Positions 43,834 through 53,157 of a stretch of DNA of 64,000 bases are shown in pieces (within the stretch, counting starts at the first letter, position 1; each line of letters opens with the position of its first letter). The DNA is from Terriglobia bacterium (GTDB taxonomy: Bacteria > Acidobacteriota > Polarisedimenticolia > Polarisedimenticolales > JAIQFR01): contig CAVVHE010000004.1 of the NCBI GenBank assembly GCA_963748015.1, positions 1,184,001-1,248,000 of the forward strand, in the 5' to 3' direction. The position numbers were made by a program, and so were the translations under genes. The notes under the pieces were generated by a model. That model saw only the letters and a list, made by a program, of their open reading frames with translations, had not been told where the DNA came from and ran no database searches.

Positions 43834-43909
43834 TGGTGAGCCGTGCTGGACTCGAACCAGCGACCCTCAGCTTAAAAGGCTGATGCTCTACCGACTGAGC
43901 TAACGGCCC
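43834..43909 (-). tRNA. tRNA-Lys (TTT)
   Basis: GGGCCGTTAGCTCAGTCGGTAGAGC...CTTTTAA loop...GGTTCGAGTCC...ACCA. Confidence 0.98.
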
Positions 43910-44085
43910 ACGCGAGCGGAAGTCGCGCTAATGATAGCACTTCCGGCGGAGCCGTTCCTCGGGGCGTGGCGCGGGGTGATAAGCGCCACGAACCGGTTTC
44001 CCGCGAGCCCCGCCACCGTCGTTGCTCGCCGAGTCGTAAGGAAGGTCCGACGGTTACCCGGTTGGTAAACCGCTCGAATCCTGCT

Positions 44086-44793
44086 TTAGCGCCCCCGTGC
44101 GACGCGTGCGCCGGCGATGGCGTCGTAAATCGCGACGACCCACAGCACCGCCGAGGCGGTCACGAGAGCGATCGGTCCCCATCCGTCTCTCGCTGCCGCC
44201 GGCAGCGCGAGATCGGCCAGCGAGAGGATGCGTTGCCCCGGCGGGCTGACCGCGATCCAGGCCGCGGAGAGCGCCCACGTCGCTCCCAGGAATAACGCGC
44301 TCCTGAAACGGTGCCCGCCGAGCATTTGCCCCCATCCCGGCACGAGGAGCGATGCGAGGCCCGCGAGAAGTGGATGCGAGACCGAGGCGTCCGCCACCTC
44401 GCATCCTCGGCGGTGAGCCTGGACGACCCCGCCCAGATGGAGCGCGCCCGCGGCCACGAATGCGCTTGCGAGAGCGATGGCCGCCGCGTGACGCGTTACC
44501 CCGAGGAACTCGAGCGTTGGGATCAGGCGGTCCAACTCCGCGACGATGGCCCAGATCAGCGCCGCGAGAAATGCCGTGCCGCTGACGAAGAAGAGGCCGA
44601 GGCGGACCTCGCCGAGGAGCATCTGGCCTGCCCCGGGAAGCACCAACGACAGGCTTCCGGCGGCCGCGGGAACCGCAGAGCGTGGCCGGCTCGGGATGGG
44701 CCTCGGGCGCGCGCGCCGGATCTTCGGGGCGAAGGCTGGACGCGGCCGCGCTTCACCCGCCTCGCCGAGTTCGTAAACGTCGAGTTCTTCCAT
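44086..44793 (-). CDS. Hypothetical membrane protein with duplicated SLxxPGxGQ motif
   Basis: SLSLVLPGAGQMLLG and ASLLVPGWGQMLGG, each followed by TM helices. Confidence 0.7.
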   Translation of the reverse strand: MEELDVYELGEAGEARPRPAFAPKIRRARPRPIPSRPRSAVPAAAGSLSLVLPGAGQMLLGEVRLGLFFVSGTAFLAALIWAIVAELDRLIPTLEFLGVTRHAAAIALASAFVAAGALHLGGVVQAHRRGCEVADASVSHPLLAGLASLLVPGWGQMLGGHRFRSALFLGATWALSAAWIAVSPPGQRILSLADLALPAAARDGWGPIALVTASAVLWVVAIYDAIAGARVARGR

Positions 44794-44835
44794 CGCCGTA
44801 GGCTCCGTGGGCACAGGGCCAAGCAAGTCGTCACG

Positions 44836-46191
44836 CTACCCGAGCATGAGCACCTGCACGTCCCCCACGTGCGCGCCCGTCGTCCCGGTGACGACGAGGT
44901 CGCGAAGCGTCCGGAACAGTTCGTAACCATCGTGCTCCTCGAGAGCGGTCCCGATATCGAGTCCCGACTCCCGCGCCCGTCGCACCGTCTCGCCGGTCGC
45001 CAGGGCCCCGGCGGCGGGAACGGTGCCGTCGGTCCCGTCCGTGCCGACGGAGGCGAGGATCGCCGACGCGATCCCTTCGATCTCGAGCGCCCCCTGAAGG
45101 ACCAACTCCTGGTTCCTCGCGGCGCGGTCGTTCGGGCCGCCCTGTATGGTGGTCGCACCGGTCGCGATGACGCATTGAGGGGGAGTTTCGGACCGTCGCT
45201 TCCCGGCGAGGGACCGCGCCATCTCACCCAGCAGTCGTCCGACCTCTCGCGCGTCGCCGACAAGCTCGCTCGAGAGGACCTGGGATTCGTATCCCAGCCG
45301 TTCCGCCTCGTGCAGCGCCGCTTCGGCGACGGCCTTCGGCCCCGCCACCACGCGAGTCTCGATGCGGGAGAAGCACGGGTGTCCGGCTTTCGGCGTCTCC
45401 GCGATCTCGCCGGCCAGGCAACGCTCGAGATAACCCCGCACCGCGAGGGGAAGTTCGGTCCACACACCGTGGCGCCTCAAGATCGAACGCACTTCGCCGA
45501 TGCGCGTGGGGTCGGGAGACATCGGACCCGAGGCGACCAGGTCCGGGCGATCGCTCGCAACGTCGGAGACCGCGAGCACGAGCCCGCGCGCGCGTTCGCA
45601 GCGAAGCGCGAGTCCTCCGGCCTTGAGCCCGTCGAGACGCTTTCGGACGGCCGCGAGGTCGCTGCTCGGTGCACCGGCCCGGATGAGTTGGAGCGTCGCC
45701 TCGGCCACCTCCTCCACGCGCAGCCCTTCTTTCGGCAACGCGGCGACCGACGAGCCGCCCCCCGAGAGGAGCGCGAGGACGAGATCATCGGCCGAGGCGC
45801 CACCGACGATCTCGAGCGCCGCGACGCCCGCTTCGACGCTGCGCGCGTCCGGGACCGGATGACCCGAGACGAATCGCCGGATCGGCTCTGGCACGGCAGT
45901 CGGGTATCCCGGCGGGACCGCGATCATCCCTCCGGCGACGCGCCCGGCAAGGGCCTGAGAGGCGCCGCGAGCCATGGCGGCCGCCGCCTTGCCCAGCGCG
46001 ACGATCCACACGCGCCCATCGGCGGACAACGGGAGCGGCGCGGCTCGCAGCGAACAGGCCACGGCGGCTTCCGGGTCGACCGCGGAGACCGCACGAAAGA
46101 GAATCGTCTCGGCATGCTCGCGGAGATCGGATTCCGTCCGCCGGCCAAACGCAACCAGAGCGGCCTGCGCGCCCGCGTCCGACGACGCCAT
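44836..46191 (-). CDS. Glycerate kinase type 2 (DUF4147/MOFRL); start uncertain
   Basis: ALGKAA..MA, SGHPVPD, LSGGGS, KAGGLA, SDV...ASGP, RNQE, GTDGTDG, TGTTGAHVGD. Confidence 0.88.
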   Translation of the reverse strand: MASSDAGAQAALVAFGRRTESDLREHAETILFRAVSAVDPEAAVACSLRAAPLPLSADGRVWIVALGKAAAAMARGASQALAGRVAGGMIAVPPGYPTAVPEPIRRFVSGHPVPDARSVEAGVAALEIVGGASADDLVLALLSGGGSSVAALPKEGLRVEEVAEATLQLIRAGAPSSDLAAVRKRLDGLKAGGLALRCERARGLVLAVSDVASDRPDLVASGPMSPDPTRIGEVRSILRRHGVWTELPLAVRGYLERCLAGEIAETPKAGHPCFSRIETRVVAGPKAVAEAALHEAERLGYESQVLSSELVGDAREVGRLLGEMARSLAGKRRSETPPQCVIATGATTIQGGPNDRAARNQELVLQGALEIEGIASAILASVGTDGTDGTVPAAGALATGETVRRARESGLDIGTALEEHDGYELFRTLRDLVVTGTTGAHVGDVQVLMLG

Positions 46192-46352
46192 CCTGCGCCG
46201 GAGACCCCCGATGATCGCCAACGCCCCAACCTCCTGAGCATGCGATTCCATCGATGTCTTCCGCAAGATCCGCGCTCGCCGCGGACCCCGCCAGCAGTGC
46301 CTTTCCTGCCGGGGCGAGAACATTCTCGAAATGGGGCTTACGAGACGACGGC

Positions 46353-46638
46353 TCAGCGGGAGGCTCCAGGAGGACTCGGCGAGGTTCCGGCGGGCCCGAC
46401 CGTCCCCTGGTCGAGTAGCCACTGGTTCGCCTGCAGCGTTGTTCAAGTACGCGACGTCCAGGAGACCGAGAATCGTCGGACCACGCCGGGCGGCGACGCG
46501 CCGCGCCACCGGCGAGTCGAACTCGGGCGGGCCCGACAGGCCGAGGTAGCTCCTCGCATGCTCCACGCCCTCCCCCGGGTCCATCAGGTGGAGCCGGCCG
46601 AGCCAGCGGCCCACGGTCGCTGAGGTCTCGGCAATCAT
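46353..46638 (-). pseudogene. Multiply deleted remnant of an LTA-synthase-family gene (paralog of 49927-51948)
   Basis: 46493-46597 matches 51086-51190 (6 mismatches in 105 nt); 46438-46482 matches 50188-50232 (9 in 45); next block encodes TLQANQWLLDQG versus C-terminal MLEATQWLVDGG. Confidence 0.85.
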
Positions 46639-46685
46639 GGCACTTCCGGTGGGGTCGCTTCGGATGGGTTCGCGCGAAACCCGCC

Positions 46686-49600
46686 TCAGGGTGGAGGCGC
46701 TTGGCCGTTCTTCCGGTCGCAAGTCAACGGTTCCTCGCTGGTCTGTGCGTCGCGCGTGGTCGGGGTCAGGTTGGAACCGCGTTCCGTCGGTGCTCCGCTC
46801 GAGTACGAGAAGGGGTCGACATTGCAGGTCGCACCGCCCGCCAGGAAGTAGAGCCCCGTCCCGGGCTGGACAATGCTGCCGTCGGTCACGGACGTGCCGA
46901 GCGTGTCGTTGAGGGCACACGCCAGCACGCTGGCCGCGAAGGACTTGTTGGCGCGGAGAGCGACGAGGTCGCCGCGGACGACGTCGGTCCAACCGCTCGC
47001 GCCCCAGGAGATTCTAACGGCCTGGTCCGGCTCGACGCCGCCGAGACCGCCGGTCTTGTTGATCGACAGCGGTCCGGTCCAGGTGAGGGTTCCGGTCGTC
47101 GGGCAACTGACGGAGACGGCAGTGCTCGCAGTTCCCGTACAGGCCGGGGCGGTCGAGCAGCGGACGGTCACGGTGTACGTCGTCGCCACCGTCGGCGCGT
47201 CGACGAAGCTGCCGATGTCGGACCAGCCCTGCACCGTCGTGCTGCCGGCCCAGAACTTGTACTGCAGCGTCCCGCCGATGCAGGTGTCCGCAACGGACCC
47301 GCTGGCGTCGAGGACGACCTGCTGACCCGGACCAGCGAGCGAGGCCGGGGTGGCCACGAGGCTCGCCGTGACGCTCGAGCAGTTGGCCGGGCACGCCGGC
47401 AGGCCGGTGTTGGCCACCGTGTCCGCGGAGACGGTGGCCGGTGTCGTCAAGGTGTTCGAGATCTGCACGTCGTCGATGTACCACCCGTCGTCGGTGGGCC
47501 GAGGGGCGAAGCTCGCGCCCAAGGCCGCGATCGCGTCCGGCGCGTCGCCGACTTTGATGGTGGAGACCAGGAACCGGATCCGAACGGCCCGCCCCTTGAA
47601 CCGGTCGAGGCTGAAGCGCGGCTCGACCCAGTTGCCGCGGTTGATCGAGCCCCGCATGCCGACCGGGTCGTCCGAAGCACGTATCGTGTTGCCCGCGATG
47701 TACGGGTTGCGCCAGTTGGTGTCCCCCTGTTGCGAGAAGACGAACTCCGGATAGCAGGTCGAGGACGGCCCGTAGAACCGGTTCGGATCGGCGGGGTCGA
47801 AGAAGCTGTCCTCGTCGTTGCCGTCGTCGATCGGGTCGAAGGTGCAATTGATGTAGTTGTTCGTCGGCTGCACATCGTAGAGATTGTGGTAGGGATAGAT
47901 CTTCTGCCAGATGCCTACCAGCGGGTTGATGCCGACGTCGGAGACCTGAAGCGCAACGACCGCGCGATCGGGGCCCTGGAGGTAGGGCGAGTTCAGCACC
48001 CGGAAATCCATGAGCGCGATCTGGTGTTTGAAGGACAGCTCCGCCTGCGCGCTGTACCCGAGGTACACCGGGTTGGCGAGCGCGAGAGCCTGCAACGCGG
48101 ACAGCGCCGTCGTGTCCTTGTCGGGATCCGTCGAGACCTTGTGCCTGCCCCAGTGTACCGACTGCGCGCCGACAAAGGCGCGTCCGCCGTCCGAGTTGGT
48201 CGTGGTGTGGACGTGCCAATCGAACGGGATGATGACTCCGTAGGAGAAGCCCGGGTAGCAGTATGTCTCTCCGAGGCCGTTCGAGTTCGCGTAGTCCGGG
48301 TCGCTGTACTGGCAGCGAGTGCCGTCGGCCAGGCGTGTCGAATGGACCGGGTCCGCCGCCGTGTACATCGAGTCCAGCGACATCGAGGTGAACGCACCGA
48401 AGTCGCCCGGGCCGCCGGTTCCCTCGAAGCTCTCGAGGAACGTGGTCGGGGCGCCGCCGCCGGTCACGTCGAGGTCGAGGTCTTGCGTGATCGACTGCAC
48501 GCCTTCGGCCGAATCGAACTGGTCCGCGGACAGCGTGACGTTGAACGTCGCCGAGATGTCGGTGATCTCCTGCCCGACCTGCCGATTGACCGACGAGGTC
48601 ACCTTCCAGACGAACGGCGTCGGGATCTCGAGGGCCGCGCCCGTCGGGAGAGACGGCAGGACGATGGACGGCTGGAGAATGCAGTCCACGGAAGGGCTGT
48701 TGCTGGCGAGGCGGGCGACGAGGTTGGTGAGGCTCTTCCCCGTCTTGTTGGAGACGGTGATGTACATGTTCACGGTCTCGTTCGTGTCGGCGAACGCGTC
48801 GGCATCGCCCTTGCCCGCGTCATTCGTGATCCGGCTGCTCTTCACGACCACCCTGCCGGTGGACACGTTGAGCGTGACGGCGGCCTGCACGAAGCCCCAC
48901 AGCGCCGGGTTCGGGTTGGGCTGGCAGGGCTGGCCGGTTCCGTCATCCGGGTCGTTGTACTGGAGGGTGGCGGTCGGCTGGGCCGTTCCCTCGCGCCGCA
49001 CGTAAAGCGTGCCGGGGGACGGGTAGGCGGAAGAAACGGGCAGGTTCCCCTTGAACACGTGGGAGCCGGAGCTCGTCTCGTTGAGGATCACCCACTCGCC
49101 CGCCGGCTCGGCGAGCGACGTCCCCCGGACGAACACGTCGCGGCGGCCGTCGTCGTCGCAATCCGTGCGGTCGATGCCCGCGTCGGTGTACATGCCGTTG
49201 TGGTTGCAGTCGTTGTTGCCCCCCGCCGGCTTGCCGGGCGAGTAATCGGTCACGGTGATGTCGATCCGCCCGAGGCTGCTGTAGCTCTGCGTGGTCGAGA
49301 GGTCGAGCGTCGCGCAGGACCCCGTGGCGCAGCTCGTCGTGGTGTCCTCGACGACCCGCACCTCCTTCCACTCGAGGACCATGTCGTCGATCGCGACGCC
49401 GTAGCCCTTGACCACCGTCGGGTAGCCGGGGATGGCCTCATTGACCATGTATCCCACGGCACCCCGCCAGTTGATGCCGTCGTCACCGTAGCTGTCCTCG
49501 AAGGTGAAGCACCGGCCGTCGATGGGTTGGATCCCCCGCTTCGCCGCCTGGTCGCCTGAGCCGGAATGCACTCGGGTCGGCATGACGTTCGCGGGCCACG

Positions 49601-49769
49601 TCGTCGGACAGGCCCTCGGCCGGAGTGGGCACGCGGGAGTCGCTCCGCCGGTCGATTCCGTTGCTTGGACGCTCGTCTCGCGAGGGGTTTCTCCCGTCCC
49701 CGCGCTGACCATCGAGCCAAGAAGGAGGAAACCGACGCACGAGAACACCGAGGCACTGGGTCGACGCAT
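46686..49769 (-). CDS. Large secreted Cys/Asp/Thr-rich beta protein (~1027 aa) with C-terminal domain
   Basis: Signal peptide MRRPSASVFSCVGFLLLGSMVSAG; GWYIDDVQI jelly-roll-like motif; PKD-like LDASGS; promoter TTGACG-17 bp-TATGTA at 49795-49823. Confidence 0.8.
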   Translation of the reverse strand: MRRPSASVFSCVGFLLLGSMVSAGTGETPRETSVQATESTGGATPACPLRPRACPTTWPANVMPTRVHSGSGDQAAKRGIQPIDGRCFTFEDSYGDDGINWRGAVGYMVNEAIPGYPTVVKGYGVAIDDMVLEWKEVRVVEDTTTSCATGSCATLDLSTTQSYSSLGRIDITVTDYSPGKPAGGNNDCNHNGMYTDAGIDRTDCDDDGRRDVFVRGTSLAEPAGEWVILNETSSGSHVFKGNLPVSSAYPSPGTLYVRREGTAQPTATLQYNDPDDGTGQPCQPNPNPALWGFVQAAVTLNVSTGRVVVKSSRITNDAGKGDADAFADTNETVNMYITVSNKTGKSLTNLVARLASNSPSVDCILQPSIVLPSLPTGAALEIPTPFVWKVTSSVNRQVGQEITDISATFNVTLSADQFDSAEGVQSITQDLDLDVTGGGAPTTFLESFEGTGGPGDFGAFTSMSLDSMYTAADPVHSTRLADGTRCQYSDPDYANSNGLGETYCYPGFSYGVIIPFDWHVHTTTNSDGGRAFVGAQSVHWGRHKVSTDPDKDTTALSALQALALANPVYLGYSAQAELSFKHQIALMDFRVLNSPYLQGPDRAVVALQVSDVGINPLVGIWQKIYPYHNLYDVQPTNNYINCTFDPIDDGNDEDSFFDPADPNRFYGPSSTCYPEFVFSQQGDTNWRNPYIAGNTIRASDDPVGMRGSINRGNWVEPRFSLDRFKGRAVRIRFLVSTIKVGDAPDAIAALGASFAPRPTDDGWYIDDVQISNTLTTPATVSADTVANTGLPACPANCSSVTASLVATPASLAGPGQQVVLDASGSVADTCIGGTLQYKFWAGSTTVQGWSDIGSFVDAPTVATTYTVTVRCSTAPACTGTASTAVSVSCPTTGTLTWTGPLSINKTGGLGGVEPDQAVRISWGASGWTDVVRGDLVALRANKSFAASVLACALNDTLGTSVTDGSIVQPGTGLYFLAGGATCNVDPFSYSSGAPTERGSNLTPTTRDAQTSEEPLTCDRKNGQAPPP

Positions 49770-49926
49770 GGCGCTGCCCCTCGAACTTGCGTGATACATA
49801 CACCCGGGCTTGCCGGGCGTCAATGTCGGCCGTGCCTGCGTCGCCTTCGAAGGGGGAGGCAGGCCTTTCCCGGGACTTCAAGAGGAGCGAGATGGAGGTT
49901 CTCCGACGATCGACCCGCTGCAGGCC

Positions 49927-51948
49927 CTAACGCGGCCCCGCTTTCCCCCCGTCCACCAGCCACTGGGTGGCCTCGAGCATGGAGACGGCGTAGTCCCGGA
50001 GGCGGCCCGCGGCGGCCGGCTGCTCGGCGAGACGGTCGGTCGTGTCGCCCTCGCGGTAGCGGTACAGCGTCTCGCGCCCGTTCCGGCGCCAGACCCAGAA
50101 CCACTCGCCATCGAGGCAGCCGATCCGGTCGTCGGCGGTGAAGTAGATCGCCGGGCGGCGCTCACGCAGCAGGTCCACTCCCATCGTGTTGTTCACGTAC
50201 GGAACATCGAGGAGGCCCAGGATCGTCGGCCCCAGGTCGATCTGCCCGGCGGGGACGTCGAAGACCCTGGGCGCCCCCAGGATTCCGGGCGCGAACAGGA
50301 TCATCGGCGTGTGATGGAGCGAGAGCGGCATGTCGTACTTCGGGGCGACGATCGCCCCGTGGTCGGCGACGAACGCGAACACGGTGTTCTCGAACCAGGG
50401 CTCCTTCGACGCCAGGTCCATCAGGTGTCCGATCGCCCAGTCGGAGTACTCCAGCATGGCCCGCCGCACGTCGGCGCTCCTCGGTCGGAACGGCACGTCG
50501 TCGGGAAGAACGTAGGGTGGGTGGTCGCTCGCCGTGAGGAACACGCCGAGGAACGGCTTCCCGCTCGACGCCCAGCGGCCGAGCGTCGGGATCGCGAACT
50601 CGAACATGTAGTGATCGGGAACGCGAAGCGTGCTGCGGAGCGTAGGGCTCGGCGCGTCCTCGACGACGCCCATCCTGCGCCGCACCCGATCGGGGGGGTA
50701 ATCGTTGATGCCGACGATCGTCCCGTAGCCGTTGTTGGCCAGGAAGCCCCCCATGTTGTCGAACTGCTCGTCGTGGGTGCAGAAGAAGCCCGTCTCGTAC
50801 CCCTGCTCCCGCAGGACGCGCCCGATCCCGGTGAACGGCTTGAGGCAGTTCGCCCCCTTCATCGGGTGCTCCGCGAGGAGCGAGGGAAGCGAGAACAGCG
50901 TGCCGTAGACGCCGTTCGACGTGTGGATCCCCGCGGTGTACGCGTTCTCGAAGGACCACCCTCGCGCCGCCAGGTCATCGAGACGCGGCGTCGGCACTTC
51001 CCCGCCGTGACGCGAGAGGCGCTCCGCGGCCATGCCCTCCATGATCACGATCACGACGTTGAGGCGCCGCGGCTCGCCCCGGGGAGCGACGCGCCGCGCC
51101 ACCGGCGAGTCGAATTCGGGCGGGCCCGAAAGGCCGAGGTAGCTCCTCGCGCGCTCCACGGCCTCCGCCGGGTCCATCAGGTGGAGCCGGTTCCTCGCCT
51201 GCTCCCGCGCGTCGAGGACGCTGCTCCAGAAGGTGAACGTCGGGTTCAGCCCTAGCTGGTTCGCGAGGGCGTAAGTCGAGAAGAACGCGGTACCGGTCCG
51301 GATCGGGGACCGCCGCGTGGTCCGGCCCCGAGCCCCCGCGAAGAGGAGCACCGCCGCGACGAGCGACCACGCGAGCGCGCTCGCGGCCCGCCTCCACGCG
51401 AAGCCCCGCTCCTCCGACGGCCGGCCCTCGAGCCACCGCCGCCGCAACCGGCCGAGCGTCCAGAGGAACGCGCCCCACGACGCCAGGAAGAGTCCGAGGA
51501 ACGGGTAGTACGACGGCTCTCCCAGTACCGTGCGCGCCATGAACATCGGCGTGTCGGTCCACGCCAGGACGGCCGACGTGAGGCGCGAGAAGAAGTGCGC
51601 GAAGTACGGGATGTCGGCGGCGCCCGCGAGGAACGCCATGCCGTAGCCGAGCGCGAGAAACGCGCCCGCGAGCCTCCCCCACCCGCGCCAGCGCAGTCCG
51701 GCCACCGCCGGGATCGTGAGAAGCGCCAGAGGGAGGAACAGGAGGTAGCACGAGACGACCGTGTCGAACCGCACCCCCATCGCGAGCGCGCGGAGGAGCA
51801 CGCCGGCGGGCACGTCGCGCGCCTGGTCCCGGACCGCGAAGAGCAGCGCGAGACGGTGCGCCGTGAGGACGGCGAGACCCGCGAGGTACGCGCCGGCGAG
51901 GTACGGAAGGTGCGAGAGAGAGCGCCCGGGTCGGCCGGGAAAGCGCAC
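49927..51948 (-). CDS. LTA synthase family / sulfatase-fold membrane protein
   Basis: 5 N-terminal TMs (GVRFD), NVVIVIMEG, catalytic Thr in HTSNG, TASDHPPY, YSD, VADHG, QIDLGPT. Confidence 0.9.
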   Translation of the reverse strand: MRFPGRPGRSLSHLPYLAGAYLAGLAVLTAHRLALLFAVRDQARDVPAGVLLRALAMGVRFDTVVSCYLLFLPLALLTIPAVAGLRWRGWGRLAGAFLALGYGMAFLAGAADIPYFAHFFSRLTSAVLAWTDTPMFMARTVLGEPSYYPFLGLFLASWGAFLWTLGRLRRRWLEGRPSEERGFAWRRAASALAWSLVAAVLLFAGARGRTTRRSPIRTGTAFFSTYALANQLGLNPTFTFWSSVLDAREQARNRLHLMDPAEAVERARSYLGLSGPPEFDSPVARRVAPRGEPRRLNVVIVIMEGMAAERLSRHGGEVPTPRLDDLAARGWSFENAYTAGIHTSNGVYGTLFSLPSLLAEHPMKGANCLKPFTGIGRVLREQGYETGFFCTHDEQFDNMGGFLANNGYGTIVGINDYPPDRVRRRMGVVEDAPSPTLRSTLRVPDHYMFEFAIPTLGRWASSGKPFLGVFLTASDHPPYVLPDDVPFRPRSADVRRAMLEYSDWAIGHLMDLASKEPWFENTVFAFVADHGAIVAPKYDMPLSLHHTPMILFAPGILGAPRVFDVPAGQIDLGPTILGLLDVPYVNNTMGVDLLRERRPAIYFTADDRIGCLDGEWFWVWRRNGRETLYRYREGDTTDRLAEQPAAAGRLRDYAVSMLEATQWLVDGGKAGPR

Positions 51949-51951
51949 CGG

Positions 51952-53154
51952 TCAGAGCTCTCGGAGGGCGCGCGCGACCGGGATCCGCGCCGCTCGGATC
52001 GCGGGGAAGAGCCCGCCGATCAGCCCCATGAGCAGCGCGTAGACGATCCCCTGCGCCATCAGCGCGGGGGTGATCGCGAACGCGAACGCCACCTGGCTGA
52101 AGCTCTGCCAGTTGATCGTCGAGGTCTGGTAGCCGTTGAAGGCGAAGTAGGACGCCAAGGCACCCACGACGCCGCCCGCCAGCGAGAGGAAGAGCGACTC
52201 GACGAGCACCGAGGCGACCACGGCCCCTCCGCCGAAGCCGAGCGCGCGGAGCGTCGCGATCTCCCGGTTGCGCGCGGCCACCGCGGAGTACATCGTGTTG
52301 AGCGCCCCGAACACGGCGCCGATTCCCATGAGCCCGGCGATGATCGATCCGAGCCCCGTGATGATCCCCGTGAGCAGCCGCGACTGCTCCTCGAAATACT
52401 CGGACTCGCGCAGCACCTGGACGTTGAGGCGCGGGTCGGTCGTCAGGGCGTCCTTGAACGCCGCGAACGCGTCGGGCGACTGGAGGCGGACGTACACCGC
52501 CTGGAAGCTGTCGCCCCGCCGGTACGCGGGCTGCAGCACCGCGGCGTCGCACCACAGCTCGGAATCCGCGACCCGCCCCCCGGCGTCGAAGATGCCGACC
52601 ACGGTCCAGGTATTTTCCCCCCAGCGCAGCTTCGACCCCAGATCGAGCCCCGCGAACTGCATCGCGGCGCCGCTCCCGACGATGATCTCGTTCTTCCCCG
52701 GCTCGAAGCTCCGCCCGTCCACGAGGCGGATCTCCCTGCGGACCGCGAAGGCCGACGGCTGCACGCCGCGAAGCGGCACGTTGGCCACGGTGCCGGTCGA
52801 GCGCTTGGGGAGGTCGACGATCACGAACAGCTCCGCGGACGCGACGGGACCGTCCCCCGAGCGCGCGACGCGGGGGTCCGCCGCGATGGTCCGGATCTCC
52901 TCGCGCGAGAGCACGCTGTACATCTCGGTGTTCGAGCCACCGCGAAGCACGATGGCCCGGTCCGGGGCCCCGGTCGTCGTCATGACCGCCTTGAAACCGG
53001 TCGCTATGGAAAGCACCGCCACGAACACCGCGACGACGCCTCCGACCCCGACGGCCGCCGCGAGGGACGAGCCGCGCCTCTCCTTGAGCGTGCGGAGATT
53101 GAGGAGGCTGACCACTCCCGCCTGGTGCAGCGTCGCGAACGGGGCGAACGCCAT
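51952..53154 (-). CDS. ABC transporter permease (MacB/FtsX type)
   Basis: LNTMYSAVAARNREIATLRALGF; periplasmic MacB-like domain. Confidence 0.9.
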   Translation of the reverse strand: MAFAPFATLHQAGVVSLLNLRTLKERRGSSLAAAVGVGGVVAVFVAVLSIATGFKAVMTTTGAPDRAIVLRGGSNTEMYSVLSREEIRTIAADPRVARSGDGPVASAELFVIVDLPKRSTGTVANVPLRGVQPSAFAVRREIRLVDGRSFEPGKNEIIVGSGAAMQFAGLDLGSKLRWGENTWTVVGIFDAGGRVADSELWCDAAVLQPAYRRGDSFQAVYVRLQSPDAFAAFKDALTTDPRLNVQVLRESEYFEEQSRLLTGIITGLGSIIAGLMGIGAVFGALNTMYSAVAARNREIATLRALGFGGGAVVASVLVESLFLSLAGGVVGALASYFAFNGYQTSTINWQSFSQVAFAFAITPALMAQGIVYALLMGLIGGLFPAIRAARIPVARALREL

Positions 53155-53157
53155 CGC

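Noticed and set aside
44836..46992. 718-aa glycerate kinase with a long N-terminal extension
   Set aside because: The extension reads through intergenic DNA, the LTA-synthase remnant and an off-frame part of the upstream gene; the kinase domain begins near 46191
46438..51190. Diversity-generating retroelement (near-identical repeat pair plus an Avd-like four-helix gene at 7654-8034)
   Set aside because: Mismatches between the copies are not adenine-specific, no reverse transcriptase is in the window, and the four-helix gene is ~38 kb away beside a pilin gene, a common context
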